Part shown: piece after piece, positions 38,961-51,649 of the stretch
Position numbering within the stretch: position 1 is the first letter of the stretch
How the letters are laid out: every line of letters begins with the position of its first letter
Origin: Basidiobolus meristosporus CBS 931.73
Taxonomy: Eukaryota; Fungi; Basidiobolomycota
NCBI GenBank assembly: GCA_002104905.1
Contig: MCFE01000302.1
Span: 35,403-99,402 of the forward strand
DNA: 64,000 nt
Direction: 5' to 3'
The notes under the pieces: model-generated
Databases searched by the model: none
The model's input: only the letters and a program-made list of their open reading frames with translations
Told to the model about the DNA's origin: nothing
Program-made: the position numbers and the translations under genes

Positions 38961-39171
38961 AGACTTGTTCCATTGTGCCATTGATCATAGTGCCAGAAAG
39001 TGCTGTATATTTTGTTATTAATTTGATATTTTAGGGTCATATGCATGTCAATTTTGATCCCAAATTGGCACTGTATGGCACTATTTGGCACTCTGTGGCA
39101 TGATCAGGCACCATCTGGCATGCTATGGCACTATTGGGCACTATGATCAGCTGGAATGATGGAACAAGTCT
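38961..39171. mobile_element. 211-bp MITE of the PHIS family
   Basis: TIR AGACTTGTTCC/GGAACAAGTCT, perfect TSD AGT, GTGCCA/TGGCAC repeats. Empty site visible in G1 copy 1 near 26020. Confidence 0.93.
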
Positions 39172-39249
39172 AGTGCATAGGGACAGACTCAAGCTTGCAA
39201 GACTTGCTGATAATAATGAACCATCAAGATATTGGTATCACAGCTCTAA

Positions 39250-40370
39250 TGACTAAATCTTCCTGGATAATACCTTATTTGTCCTCTGGTCAGTAAGTTG
39301 CAAATACACATTTTCTGATAATTTTGAAAGGTCCTGTCCATTGTGGCTCAAACTTCTTCCAAGTATTGTTTCTCAGCAGTACAAAGTTGCCAACTGTCAA
39401 TGCTTCCGGTGATATAGTCTTATGAAATCTCTGCATCATCTTTTGTACACATTGAGATACTTAGGCTGTGCTGCTTGACATCTTTGTTTGAGTTGCTGAT
39501 GTCTACTTGGCTGACTGAGTTCATCTCCTAATGGTATGAGGCCAAGACATGTGACTAGGTACTTGTAATGTCCATATTGGGTCCTGAATGCTGTCTTAGG
39601 AATATGTACAGGTTTCACCCTAATCTAGTTTTATCCCAACAGGAGGTCAATCTGGCTGAATATGGTGGCTCCATTGAGCTGGTCAAAAAGCTCATCAATC
39701 CAGGGTATAGGGTACTTATTCTTAACCATAACTGAGATGAGGGCTCTGCAGGCAATGCACATCCTAAGTGCTCCACCATTCTTTTTCACAAAAAGTACTG
39801 GTTCATTCCCAGGTGACATGCCAGGTCTGATATATCCTTGCTTCAATCACACATCTATTACTCTCTTATCTCTTCCAAATCCAATGGACTCATTGTGTCA
39901 GGTGTCTTACCCACTGGAGGGCTATCTCCTGTGTCAATGAATTGATTGACATCTCTGTCTGGTGGTGGACTTACAAGTTCCTTGGGGCACATGTCTGAAT
40001 AATCCTTTGATAGAGTCTGTACCTTCTAGGGTGCTGGAGTAGAGGAGTCCACCTGTAATACTGTCATGAGGAACATTTGGGTACTTTTTCTAAGTACTTT
40101 ACCAAATTGCATCTTTCTAAGTTCACTTGTTTCACACACACTGGAGTTGAATGCATTGAAATCCAGTGTGGCAGGTGATAGCTTGTAGGTCTTGTTAGGT
40201 AGTTCCCAGGTCTTCATTGACTCTACCATGGCACCAATTGACCTTTACACTAGAGTTGCTCTTGACAGAATTTTGCAGGCGCTGGTTCATTGTAATCATT
40301 GCTGGTTGCTGCTGTCTAAGAATCTGGAGTAACTGTTGCTGTAGGGCCAGGATTTGCTGCATAGCATTCT
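39250..40370 (-). mobile_element. Inverted, multiply deleted derivative of gypsy G1
   Basis: Short reverse-complement pieces of gag, protease/RT N-terminus and integrase C-terminus joined by large deletions. Confidence 0.8.
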
Positions 40371-40779
40371 TCCATTGTTAATTTTTCTGTATCTAACAGG
40401 GAGAACAAATATACTGGATAACCTTATGAAAAATAATTATTATGATCTCATCATCAGGCCATTATAAGATTTAGGTCCCATGACTGATAGGTATTGATCC
40501 CATTAGGACACCATGGAAGCACTGTTTAAAAATAATGGAGTCCCACATCCTACAAATTGACCTGGTTAACTGTTTCATAACAATCCATGAGTAGCTTTGA
40601 TAGGTTCCCCCAATTCTCTCACTTTCTAATCCCAGCACTCCATCACCTCACATGCTTTTGTACATTGATTGGCTATTGCCTCCTTTGGCACTCCTTACTT
40701 TCTGATTCAAACAATATTCTTACTTTTTGTGCAATAAATTAGTTTACTTCCTCTTGGTCCTCAGTTATAAATTGAATTA

Positions 40780-41720
40780 AAGTTGCACTGAGCTATATGG
40801 GTCCTTATACCCCAAACTAGCACTAAGCTCAATCACATACTAGGCAGGTAACTCCATTCTAATCTACCATTTAATTAGTATATTTACCAAAATGCCCTGA
40901 TACCATGATTTTAGCAGAGACCCCACAGCATTATACCATTGTTCATTTACTAGGTCCCATACATCCTGGTCTTCAGTCAGCACTGCCAGGTCTAGCACCT
41001 CATCTGCCAGTCTTTTCAATAAATCCTTGCCATGTTCAAGTGCATTTTTTTGAGCACTGCTCTTGACAAAGTGCTATGATTTTTTGCTGTGCCTATTATT
41101 GCCACAAAGCACCACTGTAGGCATTGGAATAGTCTTTTGAGATCTTGATATTACTGTTTGCCTGTTGATAGGATCTTTATTTTGTCAACAATGGAGGACT
41201 TGGAGGCTATGGTAGATAAGTTACGTTTCTCTGAAAACTGATTCACCTCACTTGAGTGCAGCTCAACTATCTGTGCCCCCCACTCTTGAGAAAACAGCTT
41301 TTGTCTTGTTGATGATTCTTCTTGGCTATGACCAGACTTAGCCTGTTCTGGGCTTAGGTCATTAATTGGCAGGAACTTCAGCCTTTTTCTTATACTTTCT
41401 GTCTCTGACTTGGGTAAACTTTTTTTCCTCTTGCCTTCCTTAACCACTGCCATGTCTTTCACTGTCACTTTTTCTGAGATGTTTTTGTCTTCAACTTTAT
41501 TTTCTTCTTAATTAATGCTACACTAGTGCATTTGCCTCTGCCTTCTTGCCACTTGTCTTGAGCTTTCAGACTCACTTTGAAGGGGTCCTGAGGGGGCTGC
41601 TAGCCTTGATCTCTGCCAGGTCCTGCACTGTTACAATGACTCAGTGCCCCTTGAATGGAACTATGCTTTTCCTTGGTAAGTGCTGAGCAGGTGCATCCCA
41701 GATTGCCTGCTTGTCCATTA
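40780..41720 (-). pseudogene. CACTA-like partner ORF, degenerate copy
   Basis: ORF 41151-41468 (VELHSSEVN..LSTIASKSSIVD) aligns with 13205-13675. Confidence 0.55.
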
Positions 41721-42682
41721 TTGCACAAGTGGTGGTGATGCTATGTATGTCATAATCAAATGACATCCCTGGTCTCTGATATTTAAGATAAATCAGGTTG
41801 GTGAAGAAATCCCAGTTCCTTCTATATTCTTTTACTACATTCTAGCAACTTCTTGAACACTTCAAGTCAACATTACACATTGGAACATTCTATGGAAGCT
41901 CCTCTTTGTAGTTTATGTAGATCAATGCCATATATGGTAATTGGATGCAACATGATCAGCTGACCCCTGACATATCCCCATTTGATATTCTAGTCTGTTC
42001 TTTAGTATATTTCTATGTTGACACACTTGTAGTGCCTCACCCCAAAACCCCATCAGTATTTGCTAATATCTCTTGGCATCCATATTGTCAAGAAGTCCAT
42101 ATAGTCTTCTCCCCCCCTATGTATTTTCTAGTTTCTTAAACACAGGTCTTAAATAAACAGTCTTGCCTTGGAAATCCACATAGCCTTTTTGATCCTCACA
42201 CAAGTCCTTTCCTGGTCCTGCCTTGCCTAGCTCTACTCTCCTGCCTTGTGTCTACTCACAGCAGTTTTATCAGACTGCTATTGACATACCTGTGGATCTC
42301 TGCCTTCTACCCAAGGTTCTTGAGAAGAACTTGAAATCAAATATTTACTGTAAGTATCACCCTGAATCTTTCCCTACTCTTGTCCTCTCAGAGTAAAGAG
42401 ACTTTATCTTTGTAAAATTCTTGGCCAAAGCTGTACTTGCTTTATTACCCTGCTGGTGCAGCTTACAATTGTTACAGAATTGGATGCTCTAGTGAAATAC
42501 TCTATCAATGGACATTACAGCCAGTGCCTTCTTAAGTAACACTAACTTATTCAAAGTCAGGGATTGCAGTTGAATAATTGTATTCTTGACACACTAGTGG
42601 CTTTATAACCCACATGTTAGCTAGTAGTATCCAGTATTCTTGAGCAAGATTAAGAAACCTCTCCACCTCCTGCTACCCCTAC

Positions 42683-45600
42683 ATGTCCAGTACAGAGAAC
42701 AATTTTGCAAGCATCAGAGATGCCTTTGCCCAGCTGCAACAAGACAAAGGAGATCTCAGAAACACTGTTGCTCAGCTTCAGAGTCAAAATAATCAACACC
42801 CTATCCATACTCCTTCCTACCATGATCCCAAGATCACTTCTACTAACAAGTTCAGTGGCTCACAAAATGAGTTCCAAGGCTTCATCAACATAGTCAAACA
42901 CCACTTGTTACTACAACCAAATTGGCTCCCAACAGATCAAGCAAAAGATGGATATATCTCTAACCTGCTCACAGGAACTGTGCAGAAATTGTTCTCCCCT
43001 TTGGTGGAAACCATCTCCCCTCTGCTCAGTGACTACCATGCCTTACTCACAGAAATGGAGCTAACATTTGGCAATATTGAATGAGCAAGAACTACTGCCA
43101 GTGAACAGCTTTCTCTAGAATTGTTGGGAAACTCCAGTGTCCAGTTACAATGACAGGCTTGCAACTGGACCCTCCAATGAGAATTCAGCACAGTCAAGAA
43201 GCATCATATGCTACCAAGTCAATCCAGTCCTTAAGAATGCCTGTCAACATCCATATCCCTGAATCCTATCCTGTTCATGTCCTTACCCTCATAGATTCTG
43301 GTGCTTTTTCCTGGTTCATTGACCAGTCCTTTGTCCAGAAGCACAAAATCCCCACTATCCTGAAATCCTGTCTTGTCCAAGTAGAAGTTATTGATGGAAG
43401 ATTCCTTTCCTGTGGTGCTGTTACCCATGAGACATGTCTGCTCCGGCTGTTCAGTGCTGGTTACCATGGGACAATAGCCATTAACTTCATCAACTCTCCC
43501 CACTACCCCATAGTCCTTGCCAGCTCATGGCTTAGTTATCATAAGCCTGGTTTCAACCGGAAGACCAGAGTCCTAACATTCCCCAGAGTCCATCAGGTTA
43601 ACTCCCTGGACACACCTGACTTCCCAGGTGAAGAAGTATCTTTTCCAAGCTACCCCAAACCCAGGAGCCCATCATCAGTGAAGGAACACCCTGCAATGCA
43701 TCACCTGCCAAGTATCAAGAGTGTGCCCATGTCTTTGATAAGAAGAAAGCAGAACTACTCCCAGCACATAGACCCTATGATTGTCCCATTGACCTTGAGG
43801 ATAGAAAACCCCCATTTTTTGGCCTTATCTACAACCTCTTGAAACATTAGTTGAGAGAACTCCATAGCTATATCCAAGAAAACCTCCTGAAAGGCTTTAT
43901 TCAGCACTCTAATTCCCCAGCTGATGCCCCAATCTTCTTTGTCAAAAAAAGGATGGTACCCTAAGAATGTGTGTAGACTACCATACACTGAATAAGATCA
44001 CAACCAAGAACTGGTACACTTTGCCCCTGATCAACACCTTGTTAAATCAGCTGTCTGCTGTCAAAGTATCTACTAAAATTGACTGCAGAGAGGCTTGTAA
44101 CCCTGTCAAGATCAAGCCTAGTGATGAATAGAAAACTGCCTTCAGAACCAGATATGATCACTTTGTGTATAAAGTTATGCCACTTGGACTCACTAATGCC
44201 CCAGCTGTCTTTCAACACTTGAAGAATGACAAATACTGTGAGTACCTTAACCAATTTGTAGTTATTTATCTGATGATAATCTGATCCACTCCAAGACTGA
44301 AGAAGAACATAATTCCCATGAGAAGAAAGTCTTGACCAAGCTAGACACTCCTGGCCTCTTTGCCAAACTGAAAAATGTCAGTTTGAGCAGAAAGAAGTTG
44401 AGTTCCTAGGTGCTCTTATAAGCCCAAATGAAGCAAGAATGGACCCAAAGAAAGTAGCAGCCATCTAATCCTGGAAAACTACCTGTTCTGTAAAAGAAGT
44501 GCAATTCCTCCTTGAATTTACCAGATCTTCTGTGACCACCAAAACCTGAGTACTTACCACCTCAAAAGTACTGAACCAGAGGCAAGCCAGATGGTCCCTC
44601 TTACTGTCTAGCTTTGACTTTATTGTCACCTACAGACCAGGTATGATATAGGGAAAACCTGATGCCTTGTCCAGATAGGTGGAGTATTCCCTTGAAGAAG
44701 AGCATGATGCCTTGGCAAATGAAAAACCCTGTACTTAACAAAATACATTTTCAACTCTGCAAGCCAGTCCTCTGGTATTATAGCTGCCTTACTCCTTGAG
44801 AAAGTCAAGCCCAGCTGAACCACTAACTCCACAGTGGCAACAATTAAAAGATACCTCAAGTCTTCCACTGACCCACCACACAAGTTCTCAAACCTCCAGC
44901 ACCTACATCTAGTGAATGACCTCATCTATCATTGGCACTAACTGCTTGTCCCAGACTTTGATACCCAGTTAGATATTATCCATTCTTGCCATGATTCAAT
45001 GGCTACAGGACATTTTAGTACTGCCAAGACCATGAATGCAATCAAGCAAGACCTCTGGTGGCCCAGGATGATATCCCTTTTCAAGGAGTACCTCCAATCC
45101 TATGATACATGTATTTGTGCAAATTCTGCCAGACACCAGTCATATGGACTTCTTCAACCCTTGTTAATTCCTGACCAGCAATGGAAGTCAATTGCAATGA
45201 ACTTCATAGCCAACCTCCCAGAATCCAGCCCATTCAACTCAGTCCTGGAAGTGGCAGATAGACTTGTAAAGATGGCTTGCTTCATTCCTTGCTCCAATAA
45301 TATAGATACCAAGGAGACTGCCCACCTAATAATCAAGAATATCTTCCAGCACCATGGTATCCCAAGTGACATTGTATCTGATAGAGGATGTCAGTTCATA
45401 TCAAAATTCTGGAAGACTTTATGCAACATCTTGGTGTGCAAGTCAAGCTCTCAGCTGCTTTTCATCATCAGTTAGATGGTCAGGCAGTGAGAATGAAATA
45501 GATCCGTGAAGAATACCCCAGGTGGTACATAAATTATCAGCAAGACAACTGGGCCCAGCTGCTACCACTTGCAGAACTGGCCTACAACAGCTCATGTCAT

Positions 45601-46080
45601 AGTGCAGCTGGTCTCATTCAATTCTACGCAAGCTCTTGTTTTCATCTGTATCTTGATATTCAGATCCCAACAAACCCTATGAGCCCCCAGCAGCCAAACA
45701 TGCATTAACAGTTCTAGAAATCCAAGAAACACTCAAGAAGGAACTATCCTTTGCCCATAAGGGGTACAAGAAGTATGTTGACAACAAATTATAGCCTGGC
45801 CCCAAGCTTAATGAAGGAGATTTAGTATTGCTCATAACAAGAAACATTGTAGCCAGCCACACTTGTGACAAGTTAGACTACAAGCAACTAGAACCATTCA
45901 TGATCAATCAAAAACTTAGCCCAATTGAATACCAACTACAGTACAACCAAGTATGAGACTAATGACTCATTCCACATAACCTGCCTAGTACCATTCCATA
46001 TGAGTACTCTACTCAGTTGGCACCCAGCAAATCCCCCAGCCATCCAAGTAGACAAAAAGCAAGAGTTTGAAGACTTGCTG
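42683..46080 (+). mobile_element. Degenerate chromovirus-like (Tcn1/Tf2-type) gypsy internal region
   Basis: Gag PKITSTNKFSG..GYISNLLTG; protease LIDSGAFSWFID; RT remnants RMCVDY and TNAPAVFQ; integrase GHF..WWP; chromodomain start PPAIQVDKKQEFE. LTRs not identified. Confidence 0.82.
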
Positions 46081-46289
46081 ACTCCTATATGTTATATTAC
46101 AGTTTGTGTAGAAAATGTCAAGGACACTTATGGAGCAAAGAAAGCCCAGTAGTCCTCTCATTGGTGATTAATGTAATATTGCAGCTAGAAAAGAGGTAAG
46201 TTTCCATCAATATCAGTGATGGGTGCTTGGAGGTTCTACTACTTCTTCTTGCCAGTACTTTTCTGGGATTCAGCCTATCATATAATTAA

Positions 46290-49200
46290 TATAAATGGAA
46301 ACCATCATGTAGCTGACAACATATGGCCCAGAGACCATCCTGATACCAGCATGTGTTGACAGCCCTATGGCACTGACATCAGAAAATGCCACCATTGCAA
46401 GGTGTCAAATTTTTCAGGAATGCACCATCTCAGGAGGAAAACATCATTCACATGCAGTATATATTCCAGTAATACCCTATCTAAAAAGGTTCATGCAGTC
46501 TGACAAATATTTTGAAGCCATAAAGTTCCACATTCAGTATTAATCAAGCTCAAACATTTACAATATAACTGATAGTAAGCACTACAACAACGGAGAAGTA
46601 GGGGCTACCTTGAAGGTATTCATGACCATACCTATGACTAAGCACTTGATAGGCTCTGTTGAACAAGTTTTGTTATGCATCAACACTTAAAACTTAGCCA
46701 ATTTGAATACATTAGAGAACCTAGTGCCCTAGCTGAATTTCCCTAACCCAAACGTAACTAATCCCAGTTATGATTATTTTATCACTTCTCAAAATCTCTT
46801 TTTAGCTGGCACATCTATCAGCTTTCACATGATCATTATGTCCAATACTGATCTGCTAAGCCTTTCAAGTTGAATAGTCACTGGAGATCTATCCAACCAC
46901 TTAGCAGCAACCAAGACATCAGCTGACTGATGATGTAATTTTTATTATCCTATGCACCTATCAGCATCCCAACTGTGCTCAATTAGCCCAGTTTATTAGT
47001 GCTGGTTAACTCAACTTGATCAGAAAAGTATAAACAAAGCTTACTGAACCTTTTTACTTAGTGTTTATTGCAACAAAATTAAGATGGTGTCTCAGCAAAA
47101 TTAAAACTCAACAATTACATTCTAGGTTCTACCCAAGCCTGACTCATCTAGTGCTCTCAAGAACACCAAGCCTAGCCTGCATAGCAAACTAAACTTGTTG
47201 CCTTTATAGCCAAACTCAGTTATATACAGGACCAATATTACACCATACCCTCTCTGCTAATAATTCCACCACTCACTGACAATTATATGATTCTGCACTT
47301 AGTTGTCACTTAGGCTCAGGTAAATGAATCTAAAGTCTGATTACACTTTACTCTTAGATACTACATGTACTCTGCAAGCATATCCTACTGGCCACTGATT
47401 CTTATCAGCCTGAATCTGCTGCTAATCTTATGGTATTACAGCAGAGATCTGTTGATTGCCCCACTGATATCTGAGCATATATCACTGTCCAACCAGGAGA
47501 GCTACCTGTCTCCATTTCTGAATAATCTCTTCTTGCAATCCAGCAGGATATTAGTAAATAGCCATTATATAAAAGCACACAATATTATTAACATTGGAGA
47601 TACCACAGTAATCTGTAAAATACCAGGCTTTTCTGGGAACAATGCACAATATTGCTGTCAGATCTGTGTGACTCATGGGACTTACTCCATAGCTCACTCA
47701 CATTATTATTATCAAAACACTAATTCTAAGAATATTGTCTTTCCTCTGAGGGAACATACAGAATTTGGCATGCAATTGCAGCAAAGCAGCACGCTATAAT
47801 CCATTCACCAGAAAGTGGGTAAATCTAAGAACTAGAGATACTGTAGATAGAAGGATTTAATTAGAGCAAAAGCCTTCAACTGGGAATGACACATTTGCTC
47901 TGTGAGAGTATCCCTATACTAATGACAAGGTTGTATATGGGGCATTTCAGGCCAGATGAGCACTTTGAGATTCCAGAGAAATTTGAAAGAATTAGCAAGA
48001 TATAGATGTCAAACTTGTCAGGAATCAACAATCACCAGGGGAAAACATTGTTCACACTCCATATATATTGCAGTAACACCCTGTCTAAAGAAGTTCATGC
48101 AGTTCAACAAATATATTAATGCTATAAAATACCACACTCAGTATCAATCAAGCAAACACATATCAGATATGTTTGATGGCAAACATTAGAAACAGCTAAC
48201 AAGCAAGGACTACCTTGAAGGTATGTATGGCCATGCCTTTGCCTTGGCACTTCAGGCACATCCTGCTGGCCACTGATTCTCATCAACATTAAACTGCTGC
48301 CTATCTTATAGTATCAGAGCAGGAATCTAATGGTAGTCTTATAGGTATCTGGCCTAAATTACCTTCCAAACTGGAAAGCAACCTGTATCCATTGCTGGAT
48401 GAATTGTGTATGCTTTCCAGCAGGATAACTGTAAATGGCCATCATGGCAAAGCACATATTATCATCTACATTGGAGATACCCTAGCCATCAGCAAGATAG
48501 CTGCCTTTTCTGGGCACAATGGATTGTATTGCTGTTAAATGTGTGAGATCCAAGGGACTTACTTCACAACTCACACACATTATTATTACCCAACACCAAC
48601 ACTAATAACATCATGTTTCCTCAGAGAGAGCATACAGAAGTTAGCATGTAGTTGCAGCCAAGTTTGCAAGCTATAAACCATTGGCCAGAATATGGAATGA
48701 ATTGGATACCAGAGATACTTGCAATAGAAAGTATATGTTGGAGCAAAAGCTCTCCACTGGGAACTTTGCATTTACTTTTCAACAATATCCCTATACTGAT
48801 GACCAAGTTGTACATGGGAAATTTCAAGCTAAATGAGCCCTTTATAATGCTGGAGAAGTTTGACAGAACTGGTAAGATATTGCAGAATATCTAGTACCCT
48901 AATTACCTCACACAGGCTCCAATCAACATTCATATGCATATGCAACAATACCAGTGCAAGAGCTAGATGAAATGGATATGTATTTATTCAAGTGGCCTTC
49001 TGGAGTCATTGCTTCTATGAGTGCATTGGAAGCATTGGGAGTCATAAGTGGACATTGTAGAAATATTTATCCAGAATCAGATCACAAATGCTAAATTGAT
49101 GCATCTACAGCATGTGTGCAAAACGTTTGCAACAGGATTTGAGTGGCTATACTACAAACATAAAGCTGAATGCATAGATCTCTGCCACTACTGTATCCAG

Positions 49201-49440
49201 TTGCTACTCCATCTTACTTGTCATGTTGAGAATACTGGACCTTACTTCACCTTTTGGGTGTTTCCTATGGAGCAGATGTGTGAGGAGATAGGAAGACAAG
49301 TCAAGTTGCAGGTACTACAATATCCCAATCTCATCAAGAATACTACCTTCAAGTCTGTCATTGATGTCATGAGTTGGCATATGGAGGACAGCCAGGAAGA
49401 TTTGGAAAACACTAAGGACAGATGTGCACATCAGTGTTCA
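46290..49440 (+). pseudogene. Tandem overlapping fragments of the CACTA/EnSpm-like transposase
   Basis: At least two restarts of the N-terminal region (46300, 47990). GPYFTFWVFPMEQMCEEIGRQVKLQVL at ~49240. Confidence 0.78.
46671..47365. repeat. Solo LTR-like repeat (family Z), ~695 bp
   Basis: TGTTATGCATC..ACTACA; homologues at 60549-61074 and 63659-64000. It interrupts the CACTA transposase; no clean TSD. Confidence 0.65.
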
Positions 49441-49801
49441 CACTAATCAACACATTGGTGTATTGATAAAAGGGATGATGACTAATTGCTCAGAAATTGC
49501 TTCCTTTATATACTTCTCTCACTGGCTAAGTGATTACTGATCATGGTGTATTGGAAGGTTCTGGAGTACAATGGAAATCTTGATGACATCAAAACAAGCT
49601 AAGAATACTCAAAGTAGATGCCAGAAGGTTCTAAGAGGCACAGCTCATCCAACCCACTAGAGATCAGTACTCTGAGACCTGCATAACATGGGACACCATA
49701 TACAGTATGATAATGGTAGGGACAGAGACATGGCTTGATCATGTGCCATGGGTCCTGGCGCAGATACTTACCCAATACAGAAAGACTTACATCTAGTAAT
49801 C
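49440..49801. repeat. Fragment of LTR family X
   Basis: Homologous to ~60000-60360. Confidence 0.72.
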
Positions 49802-50522
49802 TGTTGTGTTGTATGATAATTAGTTTAGTGCTTGTCAATAATGTAAAGGCTAATCAATAATATAAACAACTTCCACTATGCTCATACTGAAGTAGCTTAT
49901 TGGGAGTTTGATATATTGGTAGAAGATACAACTTTCACTAATATCCTCAATCTTAGGCTCAAAATATACTATAGGCAGTGTTTCTCACTTCTACAGCAGA
50001 GTTCTGACCTTCTGTTGACTATTGGGCCTATTTACTTTTGTAGTAGCTTTTCCTTAGTTGGGAGCTGCCTTCCTTTCTAAGGAAATAACTCCTAATAAGA
50101 AAACTCTGAACTCCCCTTCAACCTAGAGGGGTGTGGTGTAGGAGTCTCTAAAGGGGTATATAAGGGGTGTCTTTAAAGTAAAGAGGCTTTTTGTAGTGGT
50201 CTCTAGAGTGAATTTACACTAATGGGGTGCCTAAAGGGGCTTCTCTACAGAAAAGGGGTTGCTTAGAAGGGACTTGTCCAACAGTAAAGTGGTAGTTATC
50301 ATGTAGAGCTTAGATAGGATTTGTGTGAGCCTTGCAGTCTCTTTACTTATATAGTACCAATCAAATTCAGAATAGTCCACAGTGCAAGTGATGCAGTGGG
50401 AGTCTTATAGTCTTTAAACTTGTAATTGAAGTGTGGGGATTTTGGAAAGAGAGGCTCTCCTTTATTTTTTCAGCTGGGAAGTCATATAGGAAAATTCTGA
50501 AGGATCAAAGTTTTTAGACAGT
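49802..50522. repeat. Partial LTR family Y, copy 2
   Basis: Starts TGTTGTGTTGTAT and is colinear with 13912-~14625, including the AGGGG cluster. Confidence 0.78.
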
Positions 50523-51649
50523 TGCGCTGTGGTGGTGTATAAGTCCAAAGGGCAAAATACGGCCAACACTTCTCAAGTGTGAATGTGTGTGGGGTGCTCA
50601 CTGGGTGCGATAACCTCTGGCAAAAGCTTGCTAGGAATACTGGGTCTTTTGTCTAATCTAATGTGATGGGGGATAAAGCCTCAAGCTTGTCAAGGGAAAA
50701 CTATTGAACTACAATCCCCAACTTAGTTGGCATCTTAACAAAAGCTTATAATGGCTTCGACGTCCTTTGAGATGACAATGTACTAAAGCTTCCAAAGTCA
50801 AAACAACTGTAAACTCCACCAACAGGGACTTGATAAGAATGCAGCTTTGACCAATAGTTACAAAGACTGGAAAGTATCTTTGCCTGTACAAGAACAAACT
50901 TGGGAAAACAAACAAATATAATAAAATATACCTACTCTGAGTATTCCTCACAAGTAGTGCCTCCAAGGTCAGTTGGCTGTCAGCGCGGTTTCCTGGGAGT
51001 GTCGTCAGGTCTGAGTCAGAAAATAGTGGCAACAGGTAGCGGTGATCTCACTAATCAATAAGTCGGAATATTGGAAGAGGGATGACTTATTTTAAGGGAT
51101 AGCCTCCCTTATATACTTTTTTTTTTGCTGCTCAAATTCTCGCTAGAAAATACTTTCTGGAAGTTTCCAGAAGGTAGTAGACAACCAATCATGTCTTTGT
51201 GTACTAAAAATAGTGCAAATTCTTGGCGGATTATTCCATGAGACATAGTAGCACCTAGCCAATCAGGTAGTGGTAATATGAAACCTCTGTGTCATGTGGT
51301 TGCCTCTTATGGTAGTGAGATGGGGGGTTATGAAACCAAGATGGTCACGTGACATGGGCACTGTTGGGGTACTTGCCTTATAAGGTAACTATCTTATCTT
51401 GGCATCTTGGCAAGGAATAAGAATAGCTTGTGCAATGGGTTAATAGTGACAAATAGTTTGTCAGGTTGCATAGTAATAATCACATAGATAAAAATAGGAA
51501 ATATTGCAAATTTGGGATGATAATAATATAGGCGGGGTAGTCCTTTTTAGGGAAGTGAACGCATAAGAGTGAGCACATCTGCCTGTGGGTGTCACTGTGA
51601 CCCCACTACATCCACCCCCCTCTCAGCTTTGAACTCAGGTCAAAGCAAA

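Larger units (their letters stand above)
34771..39240 (+). mobile_element. Ty3/gypsy family G1, copy 2: 5' LTR, gag deletion, no 3' LTR
   Basis: LTR 34771-35140, same PBS; pol ORFs 35959-38001 and integrase from 38035; MITE in the integrase C-terminus. Confidence 0.92.

Noticed and set aside
41760-42680. Unassigned sequence and possible 5' LTR of the Tcn1-like gypsy
   Set aside because: No matching second LTR, PBS or TSD could be found, and the frames are full of stops.
50709-51032. Small ORF repeated in both G3 LTRs (also 56823-57080)
   Set aside because: Conserved only because the LTRs are near-identical; start differs and there are no motifs.
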